From Planctomycetota bacterium (GTDB lineage: Bacteria; Planctomycetota; UBA8108; SXIK01), in assembly GCA_965223845.1 (NCBI GenBank), contig CBDCXR010000004.1, positions 352,001 to 416,000 on the forward strand: 64,000 nucleotides of DNA, written 5' to 3'. This document shows positions 20,053-28,317 of this stretch, piece by piece (position 1 is the stretch's first letter; the number at the start of each line of letters is the position of its first letter). A program made the position numbers and the translations under genes. The notes beneath the pieces are model-generated. The model saw nothing but the letters and a program-made list of their open reading frames with translations. It made no database searches and was not told the origin of the DNA.

Positions 20053-21470
20053 GCTCCACTGACGCGAACCTGCGCCCAGCGAACGGAGGATCTGTGAACG
20101 AATCGCCGAGCGTTCCTCTCGTGGAGCGCCGTCTCGTCCTGTACCACCTCGCCGCGGGGATGGTGTGCCTTCTCGTCGCGCTGCTCGGCGGGTTTCTCTA
20201 CTCGCTCGCCTTTCTCCAGAAGTATCCGGCGGAAGGCGTCTCCGTGCTCTCGCCCGGGCGAGTCCGCATGGTTCATACGAATCTCATCGCCTTCGGATTC
20301 CTCGTGAACGCCTTCGTCGGCTTGCTCTACTGGGCCGTCCCGCGCATGACGCACCGCCCGGTGTACAGCGGGAAACTCGGGTGGCTGATCTTCGTCGTGT
20401 GGCAGCTGATTCTCGTCGGAACCTTCGTCGGGATCCTTCTCGGAGAAGCGCAGGGGCTCGAGTGGGGCGAGACGCCGGTGTGGGTCGACCCGTTCGTCGT
20501 CGTCGGCGCCGTTCTTCTCATGGCGCAGTTCTTCCCCTCGATCGCCGGCGCGCGCGGGAGGTCGCTCTACGTTTCGAACTGGTACATCAGCGCCGGGCTC
20601 GTGTGGACGGGACTCACGTACATCATGGGGAACTTCCTCCCCGAGTACTTCATTCCCGGAGCGTCCGGTGCCGCTCTCACGGGGCTCTACATCCACGACC
20701 TCGTCGGCCTCTTCGTGACGCCGATGGGTTGGGGCCTCATGTACTACTTCGTGCCGATCATCATCAAGAAACCGATCTTCAGTCACGGCCTCTCACTGAT
20801 CGGATTCTGGGGACTCGCCTTCTTCTATCCGTTGAACGGCGTCCACCATTTTCTCTACAGCCCAATCCCCATGTACGCGCAGTACGGCGCCATCGTTGCG
20901 ACGATCGCCGTCGAGGTCGTCGTGATGACGGTCATCGTCAACTTCTTCGCGACGCTCTTCGGCCGCGGAGACCTGCTCCGAACGAACCTCGCGATCCGGT
21001 GGTTCTACACCGGGATGATTCTTTACTTCGTCACCTGCGCGCAGTGCGCGTACCAGACGACACTCGAAGCGCAGAAGATCATCCATTTCACGGACTGGGT
21101 CGTCGGGCACGCTCACCTCGTCATGTTCGGCGTGTTCAGCTTCTGGATCTTCGGCACGATCGAATTCGTCTGGCCCAAGCTCGCCGGACGGGAGTGGTTC
21201 TCGGCGCGGCTCAATCACTGGGCGTATTGGCTGTGCACGATCGGACTCGTGTGCATGTTCGTGATTCTGCTCGCGGCGGGGTTGATGCAGGGATTTCTTT
21301 GGAAGTCGCTCTCACCTTGGGAATCGTCCGTCGTGAGCTCGTTCCCGTTCTGGTGGGGGCGGACCCTGAGCGGGATTCTCATCATCCTCGGTGTGACCCT
21401 ACTCGCACTCAACATGCTCTGGACCGCGCGCGGCGGACCTCGCGCGAACGAGCGGACGATCGGAGGCTAA
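20049..21470 (+). CDS. ccoN: cbb3-type (C-family) cytochrome c oxidase subunit I
   Basis: About 12 TM helices; GRVRMVHTN, YIHDLVGL, FFYPLNGVHH, FTDWVVGHAH supply the six His ligands plus the helix-VII Tyr. Confidence 0.9.
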   Translation: MSSTDANLRPANGGSVNESPSVPLVERRLVLYHLAAGMVCLLVALLGGFLYSLAFLQKYPAEGVSVLSPGRVRMVHTNLIAFGFLVNAFVGLLYWAVPRMTHRPVYSGKLGWLIFVVWQLILVGTFVGILLGEAQGLEWGETPVWVDPFVVVGAVLLMAQFFPSIAGARGRSLYVSNWYISAGLVWTGLTYIMGNFLPEYFIPGASGAALTGLYIHDLVGLFVTPMGWGLMYYFVPIIIKKPIFSHGLSLIGFWGLAFFYPLNGVHHFLYSPIPMYAQYGAIVATIAVEVVVMTVIVNFFATLFGRGDLLRTNLAIRWFYTGMILYFVTCAQCAYQTTLEAQKIIHFTDWVVGHAHLVMFGVFSFWIFGTIEFVWPKLAGREWFSARLNHWAYWLCTIGLVCMFVILLAAGLMQGFLWKSLSPWESSVVSSFPFWWGRTLSGILIILGVTLLALNMLWTARGGPRANERTIGG

Positions 21471-21473
21471 CCC

Positions 21474-22091
21474 GTGGAGAGATTCAGTCGGATATTCCTC
21501 GTCGCCGGACTTCTCTTCTTCGGATTCGCCTTCGCGATCATGGCGGTGATTCCCTACCTCCACTTCGTCGACCTGCCGGTCGAGACGGCGGAGGATCTGG
21601 CGCCGAGCGTCATGGCCGCGTTCCAGGATCTCGAGGCGCGCGAGCCGGAGGCGTTCCGGCGCGCCTTCCCGAACGGAGCGACGACCGAGCACGCGGCGGA
21701 GGCGCTGCGTCGCGGTCGCAAGATCTTCATTGGCGAAGGCTGCTGGCACTGCCACTCGCAGTTCATTCGGCCGGTATCGAACGAAGACGTCCGCTGGGGC
21801 AAGATCTCCTACGCGGCGGAGTTTCAGAACGAGCTTCAAATGCCGCCGCTGCTCGGGACTCGGCGCGTCGGTCCCGATCTCGTTCGTCAGGCGAACGTCC
21901 ACTCGAGTGACTGGCACTTTGCGCACTTTTACAACCCGCGCAGCGTGTCGCCGACTTCCGTGATGCCGCCGTTCCCGTGGTTCTTCGACACGGACGGCGA
22001 GCGTATCGTTCCGAATCGTGACGGCTTTTCGATCGTGACTTACGTGCAGTGGCTCGGCAGCTGGATTCCCGAGGAGGCCCGTCTTGACTGA
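21474..22091 (+). CDS. ccoO: cbb3-type cytochrome c oxidase subunit II
   Basis: GRKIFIGEGCWHCHSQFIRP, LGTRRVGPDL, HFYNPRSVSPTSVMPPFPW. Confidence 0.92.
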   Translation: MERFSRIFLVAGLLFFGFAFAIMAVIPYLHFVDLPVETAEDLAPSVMAAFQDLEAREPEAFRRAFPNGATTEHAAEALRRGRKIFIGEGCWHCHSQFIRPVSNEDVRWGKISYAAEFQNELQMPPLLGTRRVGPDLVRQANVHSSDWHFAHFYNPRSVSPTSVMPPFPWFFDTDGERIVPNRDGFSIVTYVQWLGSWIPEEARLD

Positions 22092-22383
22092 GGAAACTCT
22101 CAAGCGCCGGCGTATCGCACAGTATGTCTGCGTCGTCATGCTGCTCGCCGTTTTCATCGGAGCGTTCGGCTTCGTTTACAAGCTCGTCCAGTTCGCGCGG
22201 GAGGCGATGGGCGAGGATGCGGCGAGCTTCGCCGTCGTGCCGGTGCTCACCTACGCGTGCGTCGCCGGGGGATTCCTGAGCCTCTTTCTCTGGTCGCTTT
22301 CACGCGGGCAGTTTCGTGACATCGAGGGGCCGAAGTACCGCCTGCTGGAGGACGAGGAGCGCTATGAGCGAGACGGTGTCTGA
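22084..22383 (+). CDS. ccoS: cbb3 oxidase maturation protein, CcoS-like, with an extra N-terminal TM helix
   Basis: FLWSLSRGQFRDIEGPKYRLLEDE matches the CcoS W..GQF.D.EGP..R.L.D pattern; located directly after ccoO. Confidence 0.7.
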   Translation: MTEETLKRRRIAQYVCVVMLLAVFIGAFGFVYKLVQFAREAMGEDAASFAVVPVLTYACVAGGFLSLFLWSLSRGQFRDIEGPKYRLLEDEERYERDGV

Positions 22384-22567
22384 CGAGCACGCGAGGGCGG
22401 CCACGACGCCCGGTGCTGGTGAAGGCGGAGAAGAGTACCTGAGCTACGAGGGCGCGGTCGTTCCGTGGTTCGTGGTTCTCCTCTGGCTCGGCTTCATCGC
22501 CTTCAGCGTGATTTATCTCCTTCGGTTTGTTCCCGAGAGCTGGATGGAGTGGTTTGCCGGTGAATGA
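22364..22567 (+). CDS. Small single-TM protein, resembling the CcoP N-terminal helix or a CcoQ-like subunit
   Basis: GAGGAG RBS, ATG 22364; YEGAVVPWFVVLLWLGFIAFSVIYL; overlaps both neighbours. Confidence 0.65.
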   Translation: MSETVSDEHARAATTPGAGEGGEEYLSYEGAVVPWFVVLLWLGFIAFSVIYLLRFVPESWMEWFAGE

Positions 22568-23249
22568 GCAACAACAACTGCGGGAGCAGATCGCAGCAAA
22601 GCAGCTCGAGCTGCAGCGGCTCGAGGACGAGCTCCACTCCGCGGGGATCGGCACGGGACCGGAAGCCTGGCAGCCGACGGGCTTCTACACCGCGTACTAC
22701 CTCCTCGCCGGCGGGCTCCTCGGATTCGTCGCCGCCTGGGCGGCGCTCGCGTGCAACGTCGTCGGCGCCGCCTTCGTCGGGCTCGACGACCCGCTTCGCC
22801 TCCTTCGCGTCTACTCGACGATCATCGGCGGAGAGCGAACGGTGGAGAGCACGGAGGCTGTCGTCCTCGTATTCGCGATCGGGCTTCACACCGCGACGGG
22901 GATGGTCTGCGGGGCGCCGATCCACGTCGTTCTCAGTCGGTTTTTCCCCCCGCTCGGCCCCGTGGTTCGCATCGGCATCGGGGTCGCCCTCGGTCTCGCG
23001 ATGTGGATCATCAACTACTACGGGATCCTGTCGTGGCTCCAGCCACTCATCGACGGTTCGGACGAAAGCTATATCGTGAAGACGATTCCCGCGGGAGTCG
23101 CCGCTAGTACACACGTCGTCTTCGCGGTGATCGTGACGCTGCTCCAGCCTCTCGCGCGCTTCGATCCGAAGACGTATCGATGGACGCCGGCTACGGCGGA
23201 GACGAGCGATGTAGATCCCGCGCCCGAGAGCGGCGACCCCGGCGAGTAG
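22560..23249 (+). CDS. Uncharacterised multi-pass membrane protein in the cbb3 operon
   Basis: Coiled-coil start and about four TM helices carrying His residues (GLHTATG, STHVVF); translationally coupled to neighbours. Confidence 0.75.
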   Translation: MNEQQQLREQIAAKQLELQRLEDELHSAGIGTGPEAWQPTGFYTAYYLLAGGLLGFVAAWAALACNVVGAAFVGLDDPLRLLRVYSTIIGGERTVESTEAVVLVFAIGLHTATGMVCGAPIHVVLSRFFPPLGPVVRIGIGVALGLAMWIINYYGILSWLQPLIDGSDESYIVKTIPAGVAASTHVVFAVIVTLLQPLARFDPKTYRWTPATAETSDVDPAPESGDPGE

Positions 23250-23251
23250 AG

Positions 23252-25537
23252 ATGAGCCCTGACGCCGTCTCCTATTGCTCGCTCTGCGGACTTCCCTATC
23301 GAAGCGCGGAGTCGAGTTCGTCGGGAGACGACGGGTATTGCTGCTACGGGTGTTCTCTCGTGGATTCCCTCACGCGCGGTCGCGGGGGAGACGGTCACGG
23401 GGGAGACGGGGGCGACCCGGCCGAGCGAGCAGCGCAGTGGATTCTCGCTCGTATCTTCCTCGGCGTGTTCTTCGCGATGGGGGTGATGGTCTTCTCCCTC
23501 GCACTCTACGCCGACGTCTCGTACGGGGACGGCGTCGACGGCCACGCTCTCGGACCGCTCGCACCGGCGTTCGGCTGGCTCGCGATGATCTTCGCGACGC
23601 CCGCCGTCCTCCTCCTCGGCGGTCCCCTGCTGATCCAGACGATGGGAATCACCTTGCGCGGTCGTCCGCTCCTTCGGGCGCTGACGCCGAACCCCGTTGC
23701 GGCGCTGATCGGAATCGGCTCACTCTCCGCCTACGTGCTTTCGGTCGTTCATCTCGTCAGCGGGCGCGGTGAGGTGTACTTCGACACCGCCGTGATGATT
23801 CTTCTCCTCCTCACCGCCGGGCGCTTTCTCGAAGCGAGAGCGCGCGCGCGTTTCGCCGGTGAGAGACGAAAGCTCGAGGCGTTCTCCCCGGGCCCGGCCC
23901 GTCGCGTCGCTCCGGACGGAACGACCGCACCGATCGCCATCGAATCGCTCCGGCGCGGCGATCACGTCGCGGTCGTCGCGGGCGAGACGTTCCCCGTCGA
24001 CGGACGCGTGGTCGAGGGCCGCGTCAGCGTCGATCCGTCTCTCGTCACCGGCGAGAGCCGGTCCGAGGATTGCCGGCCCGGTGCGAAAGTTTTCGCCGGT
24101 ACGGTTTGCCTCGATGGCTCCTGCGTCGTCGAAGCGACGGAGCTCGCCGGCGAGCGTCTCGTCGATCGCATCCGCGGGCTCGTCGCCGCCGCTCACCTCG
24201 GCCCGCGGATGGAGCGGAGCACGGCGCGGTGGTCGAGGCGTGTGCTCGTCGGTACGCTCTTGGCCGCGGCAGCGACGTTCGGTTACTGGCTCATCGCTTC
24301 CGATTGGATCTCGGCGCAGGAGAACGCTCTCGCTGTCCTCTTGATCGCGTGTCCCTGTGCCGTCGGGGTCGCGGCTCCGCTCTCCGTCCACGTCGCGCTC
24401 GTGCGCGCGGCGCGCCGGGGAATCCTCGTCCGAGACGGCTCCTGTCTCGAAGATCTCGGCCGCGCGAGAACCGTTCTCTTCGACAAGACGGGCACTCTCA
24501 CCGAGCGCGAGCTCGAAGTGAGCTCGATTCACGCATTCGCCGGCGAGCGGGACGAGGTCGTCCGTGTCGCGTCGTCGCTCGGTCGCGAGTCGACGCATCC
24601 GGCTTCGCGCGCCGCGGCGCGCACCGGCGCTCGAGTCGAGGCGAACGCACCGAGACTTCGCGGCGTCGGCGCGGTCGCGGGTCGCGGCATCGCTGCGGAG
24701 CTCGACGGTGAGCCCGCCACTCTCGGCAGCCTCGAGTTCGTTTCCGCACGACACGGCAGAGGAACGGCGGGCGGCTCTTTCGCGCAGCGTCTCCGTGACT
24801 TCGAGGGATCGCTCGACCCCGGTGAGAGCGCGGTCTTCGTGGCTCGGGGCGAAGAATTGGCGGGGGCGATCCGACTCCGCGAATCGCTCCGACCCGAGGC
24901 GAGCCCAGTCGTCCGCGAGCTCGAGGGCGCCGGACTCGAAGTGCGGGTGATCACCGGCGACCGCGTCGAGCGCGGGCGCGAGGTCGCGGGAAGACTCGGA
25001 GTGCGCGCGAGCGGGGGACTGAGTCCGACGGCGAAGCTCGCCGAGCTCGACGAGGAGATCGAGCGCGGCGCAGTTCCCATCGTCGTCGGTGACGGAATGA
25101 ACGACGCGCCGGCGCTCGGCCGCGCACCGGTCGGAGTCGCGCTCGCGGACTCGGCGGACGTCGCCGCGGTTGCCGCCGACATCGTCATCGCCGATTGGCC
25201 CGGCCGGCGTGAGCTCGAGGCGATTCCTTTTCTCGTCGAGCTCGGTCGCGTGACCCGGCGTCGAATCCGGTTCAGCCTCGCGTGGGCGTTCGGATACAAC
25301 GCAATCGGAATCCCGTTCGCGGCGCTCGGCTTTCTCCATCCCCTTCTCGCGGCGGTGTTGATGCTCGTCTCGGGGATCGGGACGATGGCGATCGCCGCGG
25401 GCGGCCGCCCGCTCGCCAGCGGCGGCGAATCCACGGGGAGCGCGCGAAGCCCGAGCGCAGACGATCGACTCGCGGACGACACTCCCGCCTCGATCGGGTC
25501 GCCTCTCTCCATTCCGGCTGGGGTGGGCGAGCGATGA
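23252..25537 (+). CDS. ccoI: Heavy-metal P1B-type ATPase (CcoI/FixI-like)
   Basis: N-terminal CSLCG...YCCYGC, YFD, VTGES, IACPC, FDKTGTLT, THP, GDGMNDAPAL; cbb3 operon context. Confidence 0.85.
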   Translation: MSPDAVSYCSLCGLPYRSAESSSSGDDGYCCYGCSLVDSLTRGRGGDGHGGDGGDPAERAAQWILARIFLGVFFAMGVMVFSLALYADVSYGDGVDGHALGPLAPAFGWLAMIFATPAVLLLGGPLLIQTMGITLRGRPLLRALTPNPVAALIGIGSLSAYVLSVVHLVSGRGEVYFDTAVMILLLLTAGRFLEARARARFAGERRKLEAFSPGPARRVAPDGTTAPIAIESLRRGDHVAVVAGETFPVDGRVVEGRVSVDPSLVTGESRSEDCRPGAKVFAGTVCLDGSCVVEATELAGERLVDRIRGLVAAAHLGPRMERSTARWSRRVLVGTLLAAAATFGYWLIASDWISAQENALAVLLIACPCAVGVAAPLSVHVALVRAARRGILVRDGSCLEDLGRARTVLFDKTGTLTERELEVSSIHAFAGERDEVVRVASSLGRESTHPASRAAARTGARVEANAPRLRGVGAVAGRGIAAELDGEPATLGSLEFVSARHGRGTAGGSFAQRLRDFEGSLDPGESAVFVARGEELAGAIRLRESLRPEASPVVRELEGAGLEVRVITGDRVERGREVAGRLGVRASGGLSPTAKLAELDEEIERGAVPIVVGDGMNDAPALGRAPVGVALADSADVAAVAADIVIADWPGRRELEAIPFLVELGRVTRRRIRFSLAWAFGYNAIGIPFAALGFLHPLLAAVLMLVSGIGTMAIAAGGRPLASGGESTGSARSPSADDRLADDTPASIGSPLSIPAGVGER

Positions 25538-26247
25538 GTGGGCTCGAGCTCGGCTGGGTCTGGCTCGCCGCGGTCGGCGCCGCCTTTGCGGGTTCGCCGC
25601 ATTGTGCAGGCATGTGCGGACCGTTCGTGCTGTCGTGCGCAGCGGGAGGACGCGGCGCCGTTCGCTCGTCGCCCGTCTTCTACCTCGCGGGGAAAACGAC
25701 GACCTATCTGACTCTCGGAGCGCTCGCGGGCTGGGGAGGCCAATCGCTCGCGCGGCTCGGACGGCCGAGCACGATCGCACTCGGAATCCTCGCGGCCGTC
25801 TCGTTCGGAGGACTCGGACTCCACCAGCTCGGATTCCGGCCCCGAATTCGCGTACCGCTCTCTGCGAACGTGCGCGGGGCGTTCGCCGCCGCGTTCCGCG
25901 GAGTCGACGCGCTCCCGTTCGGAATTCGATCCGTGGGCATCGGCGCTCTCAGCGGACTTCTTCCCTGCCCGCTCGTCGCGGCATTTCTGCTGGCCGCTGG
26001 CGCGAGTGGATCCGTTGTCCACGCGCTCGTAATCGCGTCGGGGCTCGCCCTCGGAACTGCCCCGGCGCTGCTAGCCGTCGCGTGGATCCACGGCTGGATC
26101 TCCGCTCGCGCGCGAACTCGCTGGCTCGGCTTGAGCGGAGCATTTCTCCTCGCCCTCGCCGCGTACACCGCGTACCGAACGATCGCGGAACCGCCCTGCT
26201 GCGAACTCGCCCCACCCCCGCCAACCTCGCTCGGCTCGGCGAACTAA
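25534..26247 (+). CDS. DsbD_2 / TauE-SafE-like cbb3 assembly membrane protein
   Basis: GSPHCAGMCGP, GKTTTY..LGAL, GLLPCPLV, LGT.PAL, C-terminal PPCC. Confidence 0.85.
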   Translation: MSGLELGWVWLAAVGAAFAGSPHCAGMCGPFVLSCAAGGRGAVRSSPVFYLAGKTTTYLTLGALAGWGGQSLARLGRPSTIALGILAAVSFGGLGLHQLGFRPRIRVPLSANVRGAFAAAFRGVDALPFGIRSVGIGALSGLLPCPLVAAFLLAAGASGSVVHALVIASGLALGTAPALLAVAWIHGWISARARTRWLGLSGAFLLALAAYTAYRTIAEPPCCELAPPPPTSLGSAN

Positions 26248-26320
26248 CCGAGGAAGCTGGCGCAAGCCTCGACGCGAGTCGAAGAGAACGCGCGAACACC
26301 ATCGCGCGCCCGTCCACACA

Positions 26321-26466
26321 CACTCTCACCCTTCCCTACCCGTTCTCTCTCTCTCTCCTCTCCCTCTTACTCCTACTCCTATTTCTACTCTTCCTCTTAC
26401 TCCTACTCCTACTCCTACTCTTCCCCTTCCTCTTCCTTCGTGTCCTTCGTGCCCTTCGTGTTCAAA
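26321..26466 (-). repeat. (RCACGAAGG)x3 followed by a ~110-nt polypurine tract (copy 1)
   Basis: The + strand has CCTTCGTGT CCTTCGTGC CCTTCGTGT at 26435-26461, preceded by a pyrimidine tract with TACTCC hexamers and a CT run. Confidence 0.85.
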
Positions 26467-26489
26467 CTCTCCCGAGAACGAGAGAAAAC

Positions 26490-27971
26490 CTAGCCCGTAA
26501 CCATAGGAAGAGAAAGCGTAACAACCGCCCCGCCCGCCGGAGCGTTCTCGATGCGCACCGAGCCCCGGTGAAGCTCGGCGATCCGCTTCGCGATCGGAAG
26601 CCCCAGTCCGGTTCCCGCACCTTTCGTCGTGAAGAACGGCTCGAACGCGCTCGTGCGCGCCGCCTCCGAGAACCCCCGTCCCGTGTCCTGGACCGCGATG
26701 TCCAAGCCGTCCGGGTCGTTCGAGCGCTTCTGCGTCGTGACGGTGATCGTCCCCGATCCATCCATCGCCTGGCGAGCGTTGACGAAGAGATTGAGGAGAA
26801 CGGATCGGATCATCTCGGGGTCGCACTCGACGCTCACGCGCTCGGCGGACACGCTGAACTCGATGCCGCTGAATTCGGCGTCCGAACGTGCGAGCGAGAC
26901 CGTTTCCTCGATGAGGACGTCGACGGGTACGCTCCGCGTCACCGGCATCTTCGGCTTCGCGAAAGTGAGGATATCGTCGACGCTAGCGTTTAGGGCGAGG
27001 ACGCGATCGATCGTCTCACCGATGATCTCGCGGTCGGCCTTCGAGCTCGATCTTCCCTCGAGCACTCGCAGGACGCCTACGATGCCGGTGAGCGGGTTTC
27101 GGATTTCGTGCGCGACGACCGCCGAAATCTCACCGAGGCGAGCGAGGCTCCGCTGTCGGAGGAGCTCGGATTCGATCTCCCGTTCGCGTGTCCGATCGCG
27201 GATGATTCCAGTGAAGAACCGGCGGTCGCCGAGCCGAAGCTCGCTCACGGCGAGACTGACGGGAAACACTGTGCCGTCCTTTCGGTGCGCGTCGACGTTT
27301 CGGCCGATGCCGATGATCTTCCGCTCGCCCGTCTGAAGGTAGGCTCTCAGGTAGTCGTCGTGTTCTTCGGCGACCGGCGATGGCATGAGGCAATTGACGT
27401 TTCGTCCGACGAGCTCCTCGGGATCGTAGCCGAAGAGCGTTTGACACGCACGGTTCGCGCTCTCGATCGTCCCGCGTTCGTCGATCGTGATGATCGCGTC
27501 GACCGCGGCGTCCACGATCGCTCGGACGCGCGCGGACTGCTCGTCGGCGACACGCTTCGACCGTTCGCTCTCCGTCAGATCGCGCTGAATCGACAGGTAG
27601 TACTTGGGCGTGCCGTCGACTGAAAGGATCGGGACGACGTTCCACTCGACGGTGTACTCCGTCCCGTCCTTCCGATAGTTCGTGGTCTTCCCCTGGAACG
27701 GACGGCCGTCGACGAGCGCCCGGCGCATCTCGTCGAGAGTCCGGCGTTCGGTTTTCGGGCCCTGGAGCACCCGGGGAGTCTGGCCGAGGATCTCGCTCGG
27801 TGAGTATCCGGTGACGCGCTCGAACGTCTCGTTGACGTAGACGATCTCCGGCCCCGGCGGCTCGAGCTGTGCGGTGGTGACGACACAGACGAGGTCGCCC
27901 ACGGCGTCGAGCGCGGCGAGGGCGACCTCGAGCCGGTCGGAGTCGGGAATGTTCGACGGTCGGTGGAGCAC
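26490..27971 (-). CDS. PAS-PAS sensor histidine kinase, FixL-like heme-PAS
   Basis: Second PAS LMPSPVAEEHDDYLRAYLQTGERKIIGIGR...RKDGTVFP matches FixL (proximal His, IIGIGR Arg). H-box AHEIRNPL, N-box NLFVNA, DTGRG, FEPFFTTK, GTGLGL. Start uncertain (frame open to 28205). Confidence 0.9.
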   Translation of the reverse strand: MLHRPSNIPDSDRLEVALAALDAVGDLVCVVTTAQLEPPGPEIVYVNETFERVTGYSPSEILGQTPRVLQGPKTERRTLDEMRRALVDGRPFQGKTTNYRKDGTEYTVEWNVVPILSVDGTPKYYLSIQRDLTESERSKRVADEQSARVRAIVDAAVDAIITIDERGTIESANRACQTLFGYDPEELVGRNVNCLMPSPVAEEHDDYLRAYLQTGERKIIGIGRNVDAHRKDGTVFPVSLAVSELRLGDRRFFTGIIRDRTREREIESELLRQRSLARLGEISAVVAHEIRNPLTGIVGVLRVLEGRSSSKADREIIGETIDRVLALNASVDDILTFAKPKMPVTRSVPVDVLIEETVSLARSDAEFSGIEFSVSAERVSVECDPEMIRSVLLNLFVNARQAMDGSGTITVTTQKRSNDPDGLDIAVQDTGRGFSEAARTSAFEPFFTTKGAGTGLGLPIAKRIAELHRGSVRIENAPAGGAVVTLSLPMVTG

Positions 27972-28199
27972 GTCGGGCTCGACGAATGGGAGTCGTGAGT
28001 TTGCGGGCGGCGCGGAAGCGAAACCCCGCACGCGGGTGTGAGCAAGCAGCGGGCCAATCCACTCGGTTTCGGTACCGTCGGCGACGCGGTTCGTCCGCGC
28101 GGAGACGATTTCGGCTGAGTATCGCGCAAATCTGCATGAGGTGGGGAAAATTCCCCGCGGCCTCGTCAGACGCACGCGACATCTCCCGGGGAAACCGGA

Positions 28200-28215
28200 T
28201 GGCACGGTACGTGCG
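28200..28215 (+). promoter_or_regulatory. Sigma-54 (-24/-12) promoter for the universal stress protein gene
   Basis: TGGCACGGTACGTGCG (TGGCAC-N5-GTGC; GG-N10-GC), ~100 nt upstream of ATG 28318. Confidence 0.75.
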
Positions 28216-28317
28216 ATTCCAGAGAAACAGCCGACCGCACGCGACGTGCGACGGATTCGCGCGCGAACGCCGGTCGAAGTCCCCGGGCGGGTCCGGGCCT
28301 AAACGGAGGGCCGAACG

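Noticed and set aside
20049-21470. Nitric oxide reductase NorB instead of CcoN
   Set aside because: It keeps the Tyr six residues before the HH pair, lacks an H-x3-E motif at the first CuB His, and is followed by ccoO, ccoS-like and ccoI-like genes.
26321-26466. CRISPR array, or a coding low-complexity ORF (25602..26993 +, 26326..26826 -)
   Set aside because: The units are 6-9 nt with no unique spacers and no cas genes; the ORFs are poly-Leu or Gly-Val-Arg readouts of the tract that overlap real genes.
27600-27900. LOV blue-light sensor in the first PAS domain of the kinase
   Set aside because: It reads GQTPRVLQG rather than GxNCRFLQG; the photoactive Cys is absent.
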